Below, piece after piece: positions 23,481 to 37,941 of a DNA stretch of 64,000 nucleotides. Source of the DNA: Felis catus (Eukaryota); the NCBI RefSeq assembly GCF_018350175.1, contig NC_058383.1, positions 17,052,001 to 17,116,000 on the forward strand. Direction: 5' to 3'. The notes under the pieces are model-generated. The model saw nothing but the letters and a program-made list of their open reading frames with translations, ran no database searches and had not been told where the DNA came from. How positions within the stretch are numbered: position 1 is the first letter of the stretch; every line of letters starts with the position of its first letter. The position numbers and the translations under genes were made by a program.

Positions 23481-23705
23481 GGGGCGCCTGGGTGGCACAG
23501 TCGGTTAAGCGTCCGACTTCAGCCAGGTCACGATCTCGCGGTCCCGGAGTTCGAGCCCCGCGTCAGGCTCTGGGCTGATGGCTCGGAGCCTGGAGCCTGT
23601 TTCCGATTCTGTGTCTCCCTCTCTCTCTGCCCCTCCCCCGTTCATGCTCTGTCTCTCTCTGTCCCAAAAATAAATAAACGTTGAAAAAAAAATTAAAAAA
23701 AAAAA
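23481..23705 (+). mobile_element. Young felid Can-SINE (SINEC_Fc-like)
   Basis: ggggcgcctgggtggc...(CT)n...poly-A; perfect 15-bp TSD agaaatactgctata (23466-23480 / 23706-23720); absent from the right arm. Confidence 0.95.
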
Positions 23706-24669
23706 AGAAATACTGCTATATCCTTAATAATTGTGTTCCTAAAGGTTGTCCATGGGCTCTAAGGACTGCAGTGGGTTCTTGCCTAAAATGAAGGCAACAG
23801 GTGTTATTTTCACCTGTTTGCATATTTGCATATTATTACTTATATTAATTTTATTTGCATTTTTCACAGGTGCTCTTGTGTTATGCTGTATCTCCAAATC
23901 ACAAAAATGGGTCAATGGCTCAAAATTTTTTCACTGAAACATAAAAGTTGTGATTTAAAAAAAGTAAATTGCTTAGGATAGTATCATCAAAATCAATATT
24001 GAATGAGATTCCAGTGCACATTTAGTAAAGGGATATGAATGGTGAGATGAGTTATTCTGAGCCCAAAATTAAAATATATCTAGAAAATATTATACCATTG
24101 AAATTGGATTTTATTGGGTTACATATCTATTTTCTCCTAGGCCATTATCCATTATGAAACTTTGTCAAATGATGGCATGAAGTTATCAAAGCTTTTGTGT
24201 CATTTTCTCACATGATATAATGACCTCTCAGATAAGGCAACAAAGGTTTCTCAGAACAACTGAAGCATGTTTCTCAAAACATCCCAAAGCAACAATTTTA
24301 TCATTAAATACAGAGAAGACAACAAAACTACAGTAGCATAAATTAAAGTTGCTCTTATATCAAAAGTATGTAATAGTCACACAATTTCCAAGAAGCCTTT
24401 AAAGCAGCAATGAGGTTAATATCTATACTGGAAAGTTGGTTTTGGCTGTAAGTAACAGGGAACATCAAAATACATAAGGGTATATAAAAAGCCTTCTCAC
24501 AAGGGGTCCAGATATAGTCATTAATTCAGTCACTCAATAATGACATTAAGATGCGGCTATCTTGTGATGCTTTTGTCTTAGACCATCCCCCTCATCATTG
24601 CAAGATGGCTGCCATAGCTACAGGCATTTTGTCCTTGGATAATAGTGCCCAAAGGCAAGAAGAGCACTT

Positions 24670-25075
24670 TGGTGGAGAAGGTCATTGAAAGGAGGTGACC
24701 ATTGGTTGACCCAGGTAATTCGAGTCTTCTAATCCCCTGCCCTGTCCTTGGAATATATACTCTGCCCACCATTCCCACTGTGGGAGCCACTTTCAAGGAC
24801 ACAGCCTTAGAAAGCAATATGTACTGAGTCTATCTGGGTGGTACATGTGCCTCAATCTAGTTAAGTCCTCTGTATAAACTTAAGATTCTGGTGGGCATGT
24901 GCAAAGATCTACTATTCTTGCAGCTGCCCAAGACAAGCCTCATATTTCCCTTGCTTATTAACTCTGCTACCTATCAATCTGGAGTGGCCTGACTCTTTAT
25001 TCAGGCTCTGTCTGCCTTCAATATTGGGACTGGTTTCAAATTTCATCCTGGGAATTCCTGAAGTGCAAACCAACA
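24670..25075 (+). mobile_element. ERV 5' LTR
   Basis: TG...CA termini, ATTAAA signal; followed by degenerate PBS ctagctagccaggag resembling tRNA-Arg PBS TGGCGAGCCAGCCAGGAG; paralogous to 52992-53377. Confidence 0.75.
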
Positions 25076-25139
25076 ACTTTCTAGCTAGCCAGGAGACTGA
25101 AAAATGGGTCTTGGGAGTTGGCCATGGGATAGATATCAC

Positions 25140-26030
25140 TGGAACTGTGTAGTCATTCCATCACTTTAAAGGATAATGACTGGTTTGGGACTGATTGGTT
25201 GAGTTGCCCAGATATTTGTTGGGTAACCCTGAATGGGACCCAGTGGTTGTGTGGACAAATCTTTGGCCATGGCTTCCACCTGGGTGATTGGGACACTGCA
25301 TCCTGGGTTTTCCTTGGGCATGGGAGAGTTGGAGAGTTTACCCCACAGTAACAAAAATTGCTATCCCCCCTCTCCTCAAGGCCCGATGGGAAAGGTGTTT
25401 TGCAGTGATAAGATCATTTGGCTGCTGTCTTTGTTCTCTTAATTGGTCTGGAGGACATAATAGCACACACAGAAGCCCTTACTAAATTCATCCACCAAGA
25501 CTTAAATTATAGCTGACAAAGCCTGTATTTACTGAATACTGAAATATCTCTAATGAGAAAAGATGTCCTCCAAAGTAGGATCACTTTGTATATTATTGCT
25601 ATCTCACAAGGAGACAACCTGTGCTATAACCCAAAAAGAGTGTTGTGTGTTCATATCTGATGAGTCTGTTAATGTATCATCTTTATTAAATCCCATGAGG
25701 ACACAAGTGAATGCCCTGAATGATCTGACCCCAAAACTAGGGGACTTAATAAATAAATGGTTTGGATTATGGGGCTCCTGGTGGAAAAAAAGGTTACTTA
25801 TTTTAGGAATCATTCATCAAGGTTACATATTTTAGGAATCAAGATATTTAGGAATATCTTCATCTGTGTTTTCTCTTGCACGTGCCTCTACTGCTACTGT
25901 GGTATCTGCCTGCAGTGCATGCAAATAGCTGCTAAAGGAGTCGCCGCTATCCTAGTGAAACTCATTGCTGACCAGTCAGGGCACATTGCAGCAGAGAGGT
26001 GTGTGTAACATTCTAATAGCCAGTCACAAG
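25140..26030 (+). pseudogene. ERV env (TM subunit) remnant
   Basis: MRKDVLQSRITLYII (degenerate LQNR immunosuppressive domain), frameshift, then TCAITQKECCVFI (CX6CC) and WFGLWGSWWKK; in-frame stop and frameshift present. Confidence 0.75.
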
Positions 26031-26038
26031 GGGTAGAA

Positions 26039-26245
26039 TGTTGGAGGAGGTCACTGACAGGTTGTGGCCACCAATTGACTCTTGAGCTGGACCTGGGCAA
26101 TGGGACGCTCCTTACTCTCTCCCCTGTACTTGGCATGTACATTACCCACCATTTCCACAGTAGAAGCCTCAAAAGAGCAATGTGTTGTTGAGACTATCTG
26201 GATGGTATAGATGACAGCATGGTTAATATTGTATATAACTTAAAA
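26039..26245 (+). mobile_element. Partial ERV 3' LTR
   Basis: Purine tract aaggggtagaa, then tgttggaggaggtca, the same start as the LTRs at 24670 and 53377. Confidence 0.7.
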
Positions 26246-26786
26246 ATTTTTTGGATATATATATGTATGTATATACATATGCATTCACACACAATTTAGC
26301 ATTTAATCCTGCAAATGTGAGCTGATACTAAACATACTGCTTTGTAACCTGTTATGTTTTACTTCACAAAAGAGAATGAATATATTTTCATGCATATATG
26401 TGAAGCTTTCCAATTGAAAAACAGACCTGGAGAATGGGTCAAAATACAAAGTCCAGTGAGATGTTGGTAACAAGGAAACTTTGTTCTTTTACAAAATTCC
26501 ATCAGATGATTAAAAGTACAAGGGAGTCAAAGATACATCAGAAAATGCTGGCAGTAAGAAAGAAGAGGCCAGAATTTAATATCAGTCAAGAACAGAATTC
26601 AAGCCTAAAGCATACAGAATAAGGATGGCTCTATGAATGCCTTTGCTTCCAATGCATCACCACAAACTTGTTTCTTGTTCTTCTCTTCCTATCTCTTCCC
26701 TAAGAATTTCCACCTCATCTACTCCTCTTATCATTTCTTCAGGCTCCAAATGCTTCACAGGCATGTCCTCTTTAAACCCATGGCCA

Positions 26787-27001
26787 GGGGCACCTGGGTG
26801 GCTCAGTCGGTTGAGCGTCCGGCTTCAGCTCAGGTCATGATCTCATAGTCCGTGAGTTCGAGCCCCGCGTTGGGCTCTGTGCTGATGGCTCAGAGCCTGG
26901 AGTCTGTTTCAGATTCTGTGTCTCCCTCTCTCTGCCCCTTCCCTGCTCATGTTCTGTCTCTCTCTGTCTCTCAAAAATGAATAAACATTAAAAAAAATTG
27001 A
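26787..27001 (+). mobile_element. Can-SINE
   Basis: TSD ttaaacccatggcca (26772-26786 / 27002-27016). Confidence 0.93.
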
Positions 27002-27019
27002 TTAAACCCATGGCCAGGC

Positions 27020-28140
27020 CAACTTCTCTGACCTCAGCCATAGCAACTTCTTACTATACACGTCGTCGAAGGCAAGGGAAACAAAAGCAAAAATTATTGG
27101 GATTTCATCAAGATAAAATGCTTTTGCACAGTGAAGGAAACAATCAACAAACTATAGCAGCCTATGGAATGGGAGAAGATACTTTCAAACAACATATCTG
27201 AAAAGTGTTAGTATCCAAAATCTATAAAGAACTTATTAAACTCAACACCTAAAAGCAAATAACCCAGTTAATAAATGGGCAGAAGACATGAATAGAAGAC
27301 ATCCAGATGGCTAACAGAAACATGAGAAGATGCTCAACATCATTCAACATCAGGGAAATACAAATCAAAACCATGATGAGACACCACCTCACACCTGTCA
27401 GAATGACTAAAATTAACAACTCAGGAACAAATAGATATTGGTGAAGATTTGGAGAAAGGGAACCCTCTTGTGCTGTTGGTGGGAATGCAAACTGATGCAG
27501 CCATTCTGGAAAACAGTATGGAGATTCCTCAACAAGCTAAAAATAGAACTACCCTGTGACCCAGCAATTGCACTACTAGAAAGTTACCTAAGGGCTGCAA
27601 AAATACAGATGAAGGGTTACATGCACCCTGATGTTTATAGCATCATTATCAACAATAACCAAACTATAGAAAGAGCCCAAATGTCCATCGACTGATAAAT
27701 AGCAAAGAAGGTGTATAATGGAATATTAGTCATCAAAAGGAATAAAATCTTGCCATTTGCAACAACATGGATGGAGCTAAAGTGTATTATGCTAAGCACA
27801 ATAAATCAGTTAGAGAAAGAAAATACCATAATGATTTCACTCATATGTAGAATTTAAGAAACAAAACAGATGGACATAAGGGGAAAGAAAAAAGAGAGAG
27901 GGAAACAAATCATAAGAGACTCTAGCAGAGAACAAACTGAGGGTTGGTGGAGGGAGGTGACTTGGGTAGGGCTAAATGCATGATGCATATTAAGGAGGGC
28001 ACTTGTCATGTTGAGTACTGGGTGTTATATGTAAGTAATGAATCACTAAATTCTACTCCTGCGAACAAAGACTATGTGTGAACTAAGCAAAATTTAAATA
28101 AAAATTTGAACAAATAATGCAAAATTGAAAAACCAAAACA
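27020..28140 (+). mobile_element. 5'-truncated L1 (ORF2 end and 3'UTR)
   Basis: [27 protein letters not shown] remnant; A-rich tail. Confidence 0.88.
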
Positions 28141-28813
28141 AACAAACAAAAAACCCTAGTCAGGTGGGTCAGCCCTCCTCTAATGTTTCCTTAGGCTTCC
28201 TGGCTTGAACCTTCTTTGGAAATGTGAGGATTTCCTTCCACCTCCTGTGGTACATCTTCTGAAGAGTGATCTGTCACAGGCTTTGGCATGTTCTGTGGTT
28301 TTCCTTCATTTTCTTCACAAGGCTTTGGCATGTTGAGTATTTTTCTGTTATTTTTTTAAAATAAATTAATCCTGGGGATTTTCCTCCCACTTCTCTCACA
28401 CATTTTGTATTGTGCCCCAAAGACCAAGAGTTCTGAAAGGATCTGGGGTACTTTCCTCCTTCTCTGGTAATGAGAAGCTGCTGCAGGGAAACAGGCCTTT
28501 GATTATAAGGGCTTCTGCACACATTGACTCCATTTCATTAATGACTGCTGGATGACTTCCATTCGGTTTTCTAACAGGCCTCAGACAGACCTCATGTCCT
28601 CTAGGATCTCATGCCTTGTTAATCAGATGAGTCCATAGAAAAGCCTGCTTTCCTCAGAGTGAACTTTATTTTGGAACTCAAATAAATATTTTGAAAAATA
28701 ACTTTGATAAACTCACAAAACACTCAGAAAGTATAGAGTTCCCTGTATCTCACCATTTTGTGTGAGACTTATTAGCAGGTAGAATATTCATTAATACATG
28801 GCACTCGGGATAT

Positions 28814-31800
28814 TTTTTTTAATTCAAGTTAGTTAACATACAGTGTAGTCTTGGCTTCAGGAGTAGAACCCAGTGATTCATCTCTTATATATGACACCTA
28901 GTGCTCATCCTAAAAAGTGTCCTCTTTAATGCCCATCACCCATTTAACCCACATCCATCCACCCCCAAGCCAGCAACCTTCAGTTTGTTCTCTGTATTTA
29001 ACAGTCTCTTATGATTTGCCTCCCTTTCTTTTTTTATCTTAATTTTCCTTCCCTTCCCCTATGCTCATCCATTGAATTTCTCAAATTCCAAGTATGACTG
29101 AAATCATATGATAGCTGTCTTTCTCTGACTGACTTATTTCACTTAGCATAAGACCCTCCAGTTCCATCATGTTGTTGCAAATGTCAAGAATTATTTTTCA
29201 CCATATATATACCACATCTTCTTCATCCACTCATCAGTTGATGGACATTTGGGCTCTTTACATAATTTAACTATTGTTGATAGTGCTGCTATAAACATTG
29301 GGATACATCTGCCCCTTTGAATCAGCATTGTTTAAAGTCCTTTAAGTTCCTAGTAACCTACATAATTTTACAGAGTGGTTACACAAGTTTGCATTCCCAC
29401 TACAGTGCAAAAAATGTTCCTCTTTCTCCACATCCTCGCCAACATCTATTGGTTCCTGAGTTGTTAATTTTAGCCATTCTGACAAGTGTGAGGTGGTATC
29501 TCATTGTGGTTTTGATTTGTATTTCCCTGGTGATGAGTGGTGTTGAGCATCTTTTCATGTGTCTGTTTCCCATCTGGAAGTCTTCTTTGGAAAAGTGTCT
29601 ATTCATGTGCTCTGCCCATTTCTTCACTGGTTATTTGTTTTTTGGGGGGGATGTTGGGTTTGGTAATTTCTTTATAGATTTTTGAAATTAACCCTTTATT
29701 CAATATGTCATTTGCAAATATCTGCTCCCATTCCGTTGGTTACCTTTTAGTTTTGTTGATTGTTTCCTTTGCTGTGCAGAAGATTTTTATCTTTATAAGT
29801 TCCCAATAGTTCATTTTTGCTTTTATTTCCCTTGCCTCTGGAGACATGTCAAATATGAAGTTGCTGCAGCCTAGGTCAAAGAGGTTGTTGTCTATTATCC
29901 CCTGTAGGATTTTGATGGTTTCCTGTGTCACATTTAGGTCTTTCATCATTTTGAATTTATTTTTGTGTATGGTATAAGAAAGTGGTCCAATTTAATTCTT
30001 CTGCATGTTTATTTCCAGTTCTCCCAGCACCATTTACTAAAGAGACTTTTTTCCATTGGATATTCTTTCATGCTTTATCGAAGATTAGTTGGCCATGTAT
30101 TAGTGGGTCCACTTTTGGGTTCTTGATTCTGCTCCATTGATATGTGTGTCTGTTTTGGGGCCAATACCATACTGTCTTGATGATTATAACTTTGTAATAC
30201 AGGTTAAAGTCTGGGATTGTGATGCCTCCAGCTTTTTTTTTTTTTTTAACATTACTTTGGCTATTTATGCTTCCATATAAATTTTAAGATTGTTTGTTCT
30301 AACTCTGTGAAGAATGCTGGTGTTATTTTGATAGGGATTTATTGAATATGTATATTGCTTTGGGTAAGTGTCAACATTTTAACAATATTTGTTTTTCCAA
30401 TCCATGAGCATGGAACGTTTTTTTCCATTTCTTTGTGCTTCTTCAATTTCTCTCATAAGCTTTCTAAAGTTTTCAGCATACAGATCTTTTACCTCTTTAG
30501 TTAGGTGTATTCCTAGGTATTATGGATTTGGGAGCAATTGTGAATGGGATCGATTCCTTGATATCATTTTCTGTTGCTTAATTTTTGGTTTATAGAAATG
30601 CAACTGATTTTTCTACATTGATTTTATATCCTAGGACTTTGCTGAATTCATGCATCAAATCTAGCAGTTTCTTGGTAGAGTCTTTCAAGTTTTCCAGGTA
30701 TAATGTCACCTACACAGAGTGGAAGTTTTACTTCTTTGCTAATTTGGATGCCTTTTATTTCTTTTTGTTGTATGCTGAGGCTAGGACTTCCAATACTATG
30801 TTGAACAACAGTGGAAAGAATGGACGTCCCTGTTGCATTTCTGATCTTAGGGGAAAAGATCTCAGTTTTACCCCATTGAGGATGATATTAGCTGTGGACC
30901 TTTCATATATTACTTTTATGATGTTAAGGTATGTTTCTTCCATCCCTACTTTCTTGAACATTTTTATCAAGAAAGGATACTGTAATTTGTCAAATGCTTT
31001 TTCTGCATCTATTGACAGAGTCATATGGTTCTTGTCCTTTCTTTTATAAATATGGTGTATCACACTGATTGATATGCTAATATTGAACCAGCCCTGCAGC
31101 CCAGGAATAAATCCCACTTGGTCATGGTGGATAATTCTTTTAATGTCCTCAATTTGCTAGTATCTTGTTGAGAATTTTTGCATCCAGTTTCTTCAGGGAT
31201 ATTGGCCTGTAATTCTCCTTTTTAGTGCAGTCTTTGTCTGGTTTTGGAATCAAGGTAATGCTGGCTTTGTAGAATGAGTTTGCAAGCTTTCTTTCCATTT
31301 CTTTCTTTCTTTTTTTTTTTTTAAGAGTTTGAGAAGAATAGGTATTAACTCTTCTTTAAATGTCTGGCAGAAATCCCCTGGGAAGCCATTTGCCTAGAAC
31401 TCTTGTTTGTTGGGGGATTCTTGATAACTGATTCAATTTCTTTGTTGGTTATAGATCTCTTTAAATTTTCTATCTCTTTATGTTTGTTTGTAGTCTGTGA
31501 GTTCCTAGGAATTTTTTCATTTCTCCCAGATGGCCCAATTTGTATTGTATTTCTGTGGTGTTGGTTGTGATCTCTCTTTTTCATTTGTGATTTTATCCAT
31601 TTGAATCCTTTCTCTTTTTTTCTTAATAACTCTTTTTACGGGGTTATCAATTTTATTAATTCTTCCAGAGAACCAGCTCTTAGTTTCATTGATCTGTTCT
31701 ACTGTTTTTGTTTGTTTCTATATCATTTATTTCTGCTCTAATCTTTATTATTTCCCTACTTCTACTGGCTTTAGGCTTTATTTGCTGCTGCTCTTCTACC

Positions 31801-33900
31801 TCCTTTAGGTGTAAGGTTAGGTTGTGTATTTGGGACCTTTCTTGCTTCTTGAGACAGGCTTGAATTGCAATGTATTTTCTTCTTAGGACTGCCTTTGCTG
31901 TATCCCAAAGGGTTTGGACTGTCATGTTTTCATTTTCACTGGCTTCCATGTATTTTTAAACTTCTTCTTTAATTTCCTGGTTAACTCATTAATTCTTTAG
32001 TAGGATGTTCTTTAACCTCCATGTATTTGGGGGATTTCCAAATTTTTTGTGTGCTTGACTTCAAGTTTCATTGCGTTGTGATCTGAAAATGTGCATGGTA
32101 TGATCTTGGTCTTTTTGTACCTGTTGAGGATTGTTTTGTGACCCAAAATGTGATCTATCCAAAATGTGATCTGGTCCAATGTGTCATTCAGAGTTGTTAT
32201 TTCCTTATTGATTTTCTGCCTGGATTATCTATCCGTTGTTGTAAGTGGAGTATTAAAGTCTCCTACAATTACGGTATTATTATCCAAAAATTTGCTTATG
32301 TATGTGATTAATTGATTTATATATTTGGGTGTTTCATGTGGAGGCATAAATATTTACAATTTTTAGCTCTTCTTGATGGATATATTTATTAATTATGACA
32401 TAATGCCATGATACAATGCCCTTTTTCATCTCTTGGTACAGTCTTTGCTTTAAAATCTAGTTTGTCTGATATAAGCGTGGCTACTCCGGCTTTCTTTTGA
32501 TGTCTGTTAGTGTGATAGATGGTTCTCTATCCCCTCACTGTCAGTCTGCAGGTGTCCTCTGGTCTAAAGTGAGTCTTTTGTAGGCATCATATAGATAGAT
32601 ATGGTTTTTTTTTAATCCATTGTGATACCCTATGTCTTTTGATTGGGACATTTAGTCCATTTACATTCAGAATAATTACTGAAAGGTATGAATTTAGTGG
32701 CATTGTGTTATTTGTAGATTTCATGTTTGTTGTGATGTCTCTGGTCCTTTGTAGTTTTTGCTCCTTTCCACTCACAGAGTCCGCCTCAGGATCTCTTGTA
32801 GGGCTGGTTTACTGGTGATGAATTCCTTCAGTTTTTGTTTGTCTGGAAAACTCTTTATCTCTCCTTCTATTCTGAACGATAGCCTTACTGGATAAAGGAT
32901 TCTTGGCTGCAAATTTTTCCTATTCTTCACATTGAATATTTCCTACTACTCTCTTATGGCTTGCCAAGTTTCAGTGGACAGGTCTGCTACTAACCATATA
33001 TGTCTACCCTTGTAGTTTAAGAATCATTTGGCCCTAGCTACTTTCAGAATTCTCTCTTTATCTTTGTGTTTTTCTAGTTTTGCTATGATATGTCATCGTG
33101 TTGACCTGTTTTTTGTTGCTTTTACAGGGAGTTCTCTGTGCCTCTTGGACTTGGATGCCTGTTTTCTTCCCCAGATTAGGGAAGTTCTCAGCTATAATTT
33201 GTTCAAATAAACCTGTCCCTTTCCATTGCTCTTCTTCTGGAACTCCTATGATATAGATATTGTTCCATTTCATGGAATGACTTAATTCTCTAGTTCTCCC
33301 CTCATGATCTAGTAATTTCCTGTCCTTTTATTTCAGCTTCATTATTTTCCATTACTTTATATTCTATTTCAACTACTGTCTCCTCTGCTTGTTCCACCCT
33401 TGCCATCACTGTATTTATTTTATTTTGCATCTCAATTATAGCATTTTAAAATTCATGGTGACTAATTCTTGTTTTTTTTTTTTTATCTCTGCAGCAAGAG
33501 ATTCTTCTATGCTTTTTTCTAGTCCAGCTATTAGTCTTATGGCTGTCATTCTAAATTCTTGTTCGTATATATTGTTTATATCTCTTTGAGAAATTTTCTG
33601 GCTGTGATTTCTTCCCGAATTTTCTTTTGGGGAGAATTTCTCTGTTTTGTCATTTTGACTAAATTTCTGTCTTTTGCATGTTTTAAAAGCTTGTTATGTT
33701 TCCTGCAACTGAGAGTACTGCTATTTTAAAAGGGGGCCATATACTCTCCAGGGTCTGGCACTTCAGATAGGGTTTTTGTTGTATCTTGCATGCACTCTGT
33801 TGTTTCATTTTGGCTGCTCTATCCCACTGGTCAGTGGTCCCATAAAAAGAGAAAAATGAAAAGGGAGAAAGAAGACCAAACAGAGAATCAAAAAACTATA
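28814..33900 (-). mobile_element. Near-full-length degraded L1
   Basis: ORF2 RT remnants (30755-31117), ORF1 remnant (33058-33273), 3'UTR and poly-T at 28814. Confidence 0.9.
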
Positions 33901-36900
33901 AGGCTGGTATAAGGGAGGTTCAGAAGATGGTGGCATAGGAGAACACTGGGCTCACCTCATCCTGCTGATAACTTAGATTCCACCCACATCTGCCTAAATA
34001 ACTCAAAAAACTGCCAGAAGACTAGCAGAACGGACTCTCTGGAGCCAAGGGTAGACAAGAGGCTCATGGAAGAGATGAGGGAGGGAGAGAGGCAGTGCAT
34101 GCTACATGGACTGGCATGAGGGAGCTAGGGTGGTGGAGGGGCAGCCCACCTGGGAAGGCAGAGCCCCTGAAGTCTGGCTTGCAAAAGGGGAGGGGCTGGC
34201 CTCTGTGAGTTCTGACAGCCAGCGGGACTTAACATCTAGAATGTTAAAAGTCAGCTCTGTTCAGAGGGCGGGAAGGTGAGAGGACACCGGGAGGGAGAGT
34301 TGTAGAGCCCTGGAAGACAGCTCAGCTCTGTGGGGAACAAAGGTGCTGACAGGCACCATCTCCCTCTCCCATTCCCCAGCCAAAATCCCAAAGGGAACCA
34401 GTTCCCATCACTGAACTTGCTTGCACTGCACAAGCACCCAACAATGTGCTTCTGTGGATCCATCGCTCTGACAAGTCTGCTTCCCTCCCAGTGCTGTGGG
34501 ACCCATCCTGCAGGGGACCACAGATAGCAAAGTGAGCTAAGCCTGCCCCTTCTGCCCCTGTGCACCTTGTGGATCCACCCAAGCTAATATGCCAGATCCC
34601 ATCAAAGCAGCACCAAAAGCCTGGCAGTGTGCAAGTAGCCCAGACAGGAGCCATGCCACTCCACAGTGAGTCTGGCCGCTGGGAGAGGAGAAGATAAGGT
34701 ACACACCAGTCTGACTGTGGCCCCAGCAGTGGGCTGGGGACAGATGTCGAGTCTGACTGTGGCCCCGCCTACCAACACAGGTTAACTCCACACAGCACAG
34801 GGGAAATGCCCTGTAGTTCAATGCCACCCCAGGGACTATCCAAAATGACAAAACAGAAGAATTCTCCTCAAAAGAAACTCCAGGAAGTAGTGACAGCTAA
34901 CGAATTGATCAAAAACGATTTAAGCAATGTAAGGAACCAAGAATTTAGAATAATAGTCATAAAATTAATGGCTGGGCTTGAAAAAAATATATAGACTGCA
35001 GAGAATCTATTGCTACAGAGATCAAGGGACTAAGAAATAGTCATGAGAGATTAAAAATGCTATAAATGAGGTGCAAAATAAAATGGAGGCGACCTCAGTT
35101 CGGATTAAAGAGGCAGAGGAGAGAATAGGAGAATTAGAAGATAAAATTATGGAAAAAGAGGAAGCTGAGAAAAAGAGAGATAAAAAAAATTCAGGACTAT
35201 GAGGTCAAAATTAGAAAACTAAGTGATGCATTGAAATGGAACAATATCTGTATAATAAATTCCAAAAGAGGAAGAGAGAGAGAGAAAGGGGCTGAAGGTG
35301 TACTTGAACAAATCATAGCTGGGAACTTCCCTGATCTGGGGAAGGAAAAAGGCATTGAAATCCAAGAGGCACAGAGAACTCCCTTCAGACAAAACTTGAA
35401 TCCATTTTCTGATGATATATCAGAGTGAAACTGGCAAAATACAAGGATAAAGAGAAAATTCTGAAAGCAGCTAGTGCTAAATAGGCTATAACTTACAAAG
35501 GTAGACACATGAGAATAGTAGCAGACCTACCTGCTGAAACGTGGCAGGCCAGAAATAAATGGTAGGAAATCTTCAATGTGATGAACAGAAAAAATATTCA
35601 GCCAAGAATCCTTTATCCAGCAAGTCTGTCATTCAGGATAGAAGGAGAGATAGAGGTCTTCCCAAACAAAAACTGAAGAAATTCACCACTAAACCAGCCC
35701 TACAAGAAATCCTAAGGGAGATTCTGAGTGAAATGTTGCAAGGACCACAAAGTACCATGGATATCACTACAAGCATGAAATCTACAGACATCACAATGAC
35801 TCTAAACCCATATCTTTCAATAATAACACTGAATGTAAATGGACTAAATGCTCCAAACAAAAGACAGCGTATCAGAATGGATAAAAAAAACAAGACCCAT
35901 CTATTTGCTGTATATAAGACACTCATTTTAGACCTGAGGACAACTTCAGATTGAAAGTGAGGGGATGGAGAACTTTCATTCATGCTACTGGAAGTCAAAA
36001 GAAAGCTAGAGTAGACATACTCATATCAGACAAACTAGAATTAAATTAAAGGCTTTAACAAGAGATAAAGAAAGGCATTAGATAATAATTACAGTGTCTA
36101 TCCATCAGGAAGAGCTAACAATTATAAATGTCTATGCGCCAAATACAGGAGCCCCCAAATATATAAAACAATCACAAACATAAGCAAACTTATTGATATG
36201 TGGTAATTGCAGGGGACTTTAATACTCCCCTTACAACAATGCACAGATCATCTAGACACAGGTTCAATAAGGAAACAAGGGCCCTGAATGATACATTGGA
36301 TCAGATGGACTTGACAGATATATTTAGAACTCTGCATCCCAAAGCAACAGAATATACTTTCTTCTCGAGTGCACATGGAACATTCTCCAAGAGAGATCAC
36401 ATACTGGGTCACAAAACAGCCCCCCTTGAGTATACAAGAATTGAGATCATACCATGCACACTTTCAGACCACAATGCTATGAAACTTGAAATCAACCACA
36501 GGAAAAAGTCTGGAAAATCTCCAAACCATGGACGTTAAAGAACACCCTACTAAAGAAGAAATGGGTCAACCAGACAATTAGAGAAGACACTAAAAAATAT
36601 ATGGAAACAAATGAAAATGAAAACACAACATTCCAAACGCTTTGGGATGCAGCGAAGGCAGTCCGGAGAGGAAAATGCATTGCAATCAAGGCCTATCTCC
36701 AGAAACAAGAAAAATCCCAAATACAAAATGTAACAGCACACCTAAAGGAACTAGAAGCAGAACAGCAAAGACACCCCAAAACCAGCAGAAAAAGAGAAAT
36801 AATAAAGATCAGAGCAGAAATAAACAATACAGAATCTAAAAAAACTATAGAGCAGATCAATGAAACCAAGAGTTGGTTTTTGAAAAAATAAACAAAATTG

Positions 36901-37041
36901 ATAAATCTCTAGCCAGGCTTCTCAAAAAGGAAAGGGAGATGTCCCAAATAGATAAAATAACGAATGGAAATGGAATTATTACAACCAATCCCTCAGAAAT
37001 ACAAGCAATTATCAGGGAATACTATGAAAAATTATATGCCA

Positions 37042-37343
37042 GTTTCACTCTTATGTGGATCCTGAGAAACTTAACAGAAACCCATGGGGGAGGGGAAGGG
37101 GAAAAAAAAAGAGGTTAGAGTGGAAGAGAGCCAAAGCATAAGAGACTCTTAAAAACTGAGAACAAACTGAGGGTTGATGGGGGGTGGGAGGGAGGGGAGG
37201 GTGGGTAATGGGTATTGAGGAGGGCACCTGTTGGGATGAGCACTGGGTGTTGTATGGAAACCAATTTGACAATAAACTTCATATGTTGAAAAAAAAAAGA
37301 AAAAGAAAAAAGAAAAAAATTAAGGAATGAAAAAAAAAAAAAA
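37042..37343 (+). mobile_element. Young L1 3' fragment nested in L1 ORF2
   Basis: Perfect 16-bp TSD gaaaaattatatgcca (37026-37041 / 37344-37359); long A-tail. Confidence 0.9.
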
Positions 37344-37718
37344 GAAAAATTATATGCCAACAATTGGAAAACCTGGAAGAAATGGACAAATTCCTAAGCA
37401 CACACACACTTTCAAAACTCAAACAGGAAGAAATAGAAAACTTGAACAGACCCATAACCAGCGAAGAAATTGAATCAGTTATCAAAAATCTCCCAACAAA
37501 TAAGAGTTCAGGACCAGATGGCTTCCCTGGGGAATTCTACCACACATTTAAAGAAGAGATAATACCTATCCTTCTCAAGCTGTTCCAAAAAAATAGAAAG
37601 GGAAGGAAAACTAGGAGACTCATTCTATGAAGCCAGCATTACTTTGATAAGATAAGAACAATATGATCCTGTCAATCGATGCAGAAAAAGCATTTGACAA
37701 AATTCAGCATCCTTTCTT

Positions 37719-37941
37719 TTTTTTTTAAATTTTTTTTTCAACGTTTATTTATTTTTGGGACAGAGAGAGACAGAGCATGAACGGGGGAGGGGCAGAGAGA
37801 GAGGGAGACACAGAATCAGAAACAGGCTCCAGGCTCTGAGCCATCAGCCCAGAGCCCGACGCGGGGCTCGAACTCACGGACCGCGAGATCGTGACCTGGC
37901 TGAAGTCAGACGCTTAACCGACTGTGCCACCCAGGCGCCCC
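37719..37941 (-). mobile_element. Young Can-SINE nested in L1
   Basis: TSD cagcatcctttctt (37705-37718 / 37942-37955). Confidence 0.95.

Larger units (their letters stand above)
14712..25126 (+). repeat. Left arm of large inverted duplication (pairs with 52941-58681)
   Basis: Exons 27-30, introns, 3'UTR, downstream flank and LTR align to the reverse complement of the right arm once copy-specific L1/SINE inserts are skipped. Confidence 0.9.

Noticed and set aside
23481..23560. tRNA genes
   Set aside because: The tRNA-like heads belong to Can-SINEs with (CT)n, A-tails and TSDs.
25140..26030. Domesticated env (syncytin-like) gene
   Set aside because: In-frame stop and a frameshift between the ISD and CX6CC motifs; SU largely missing.
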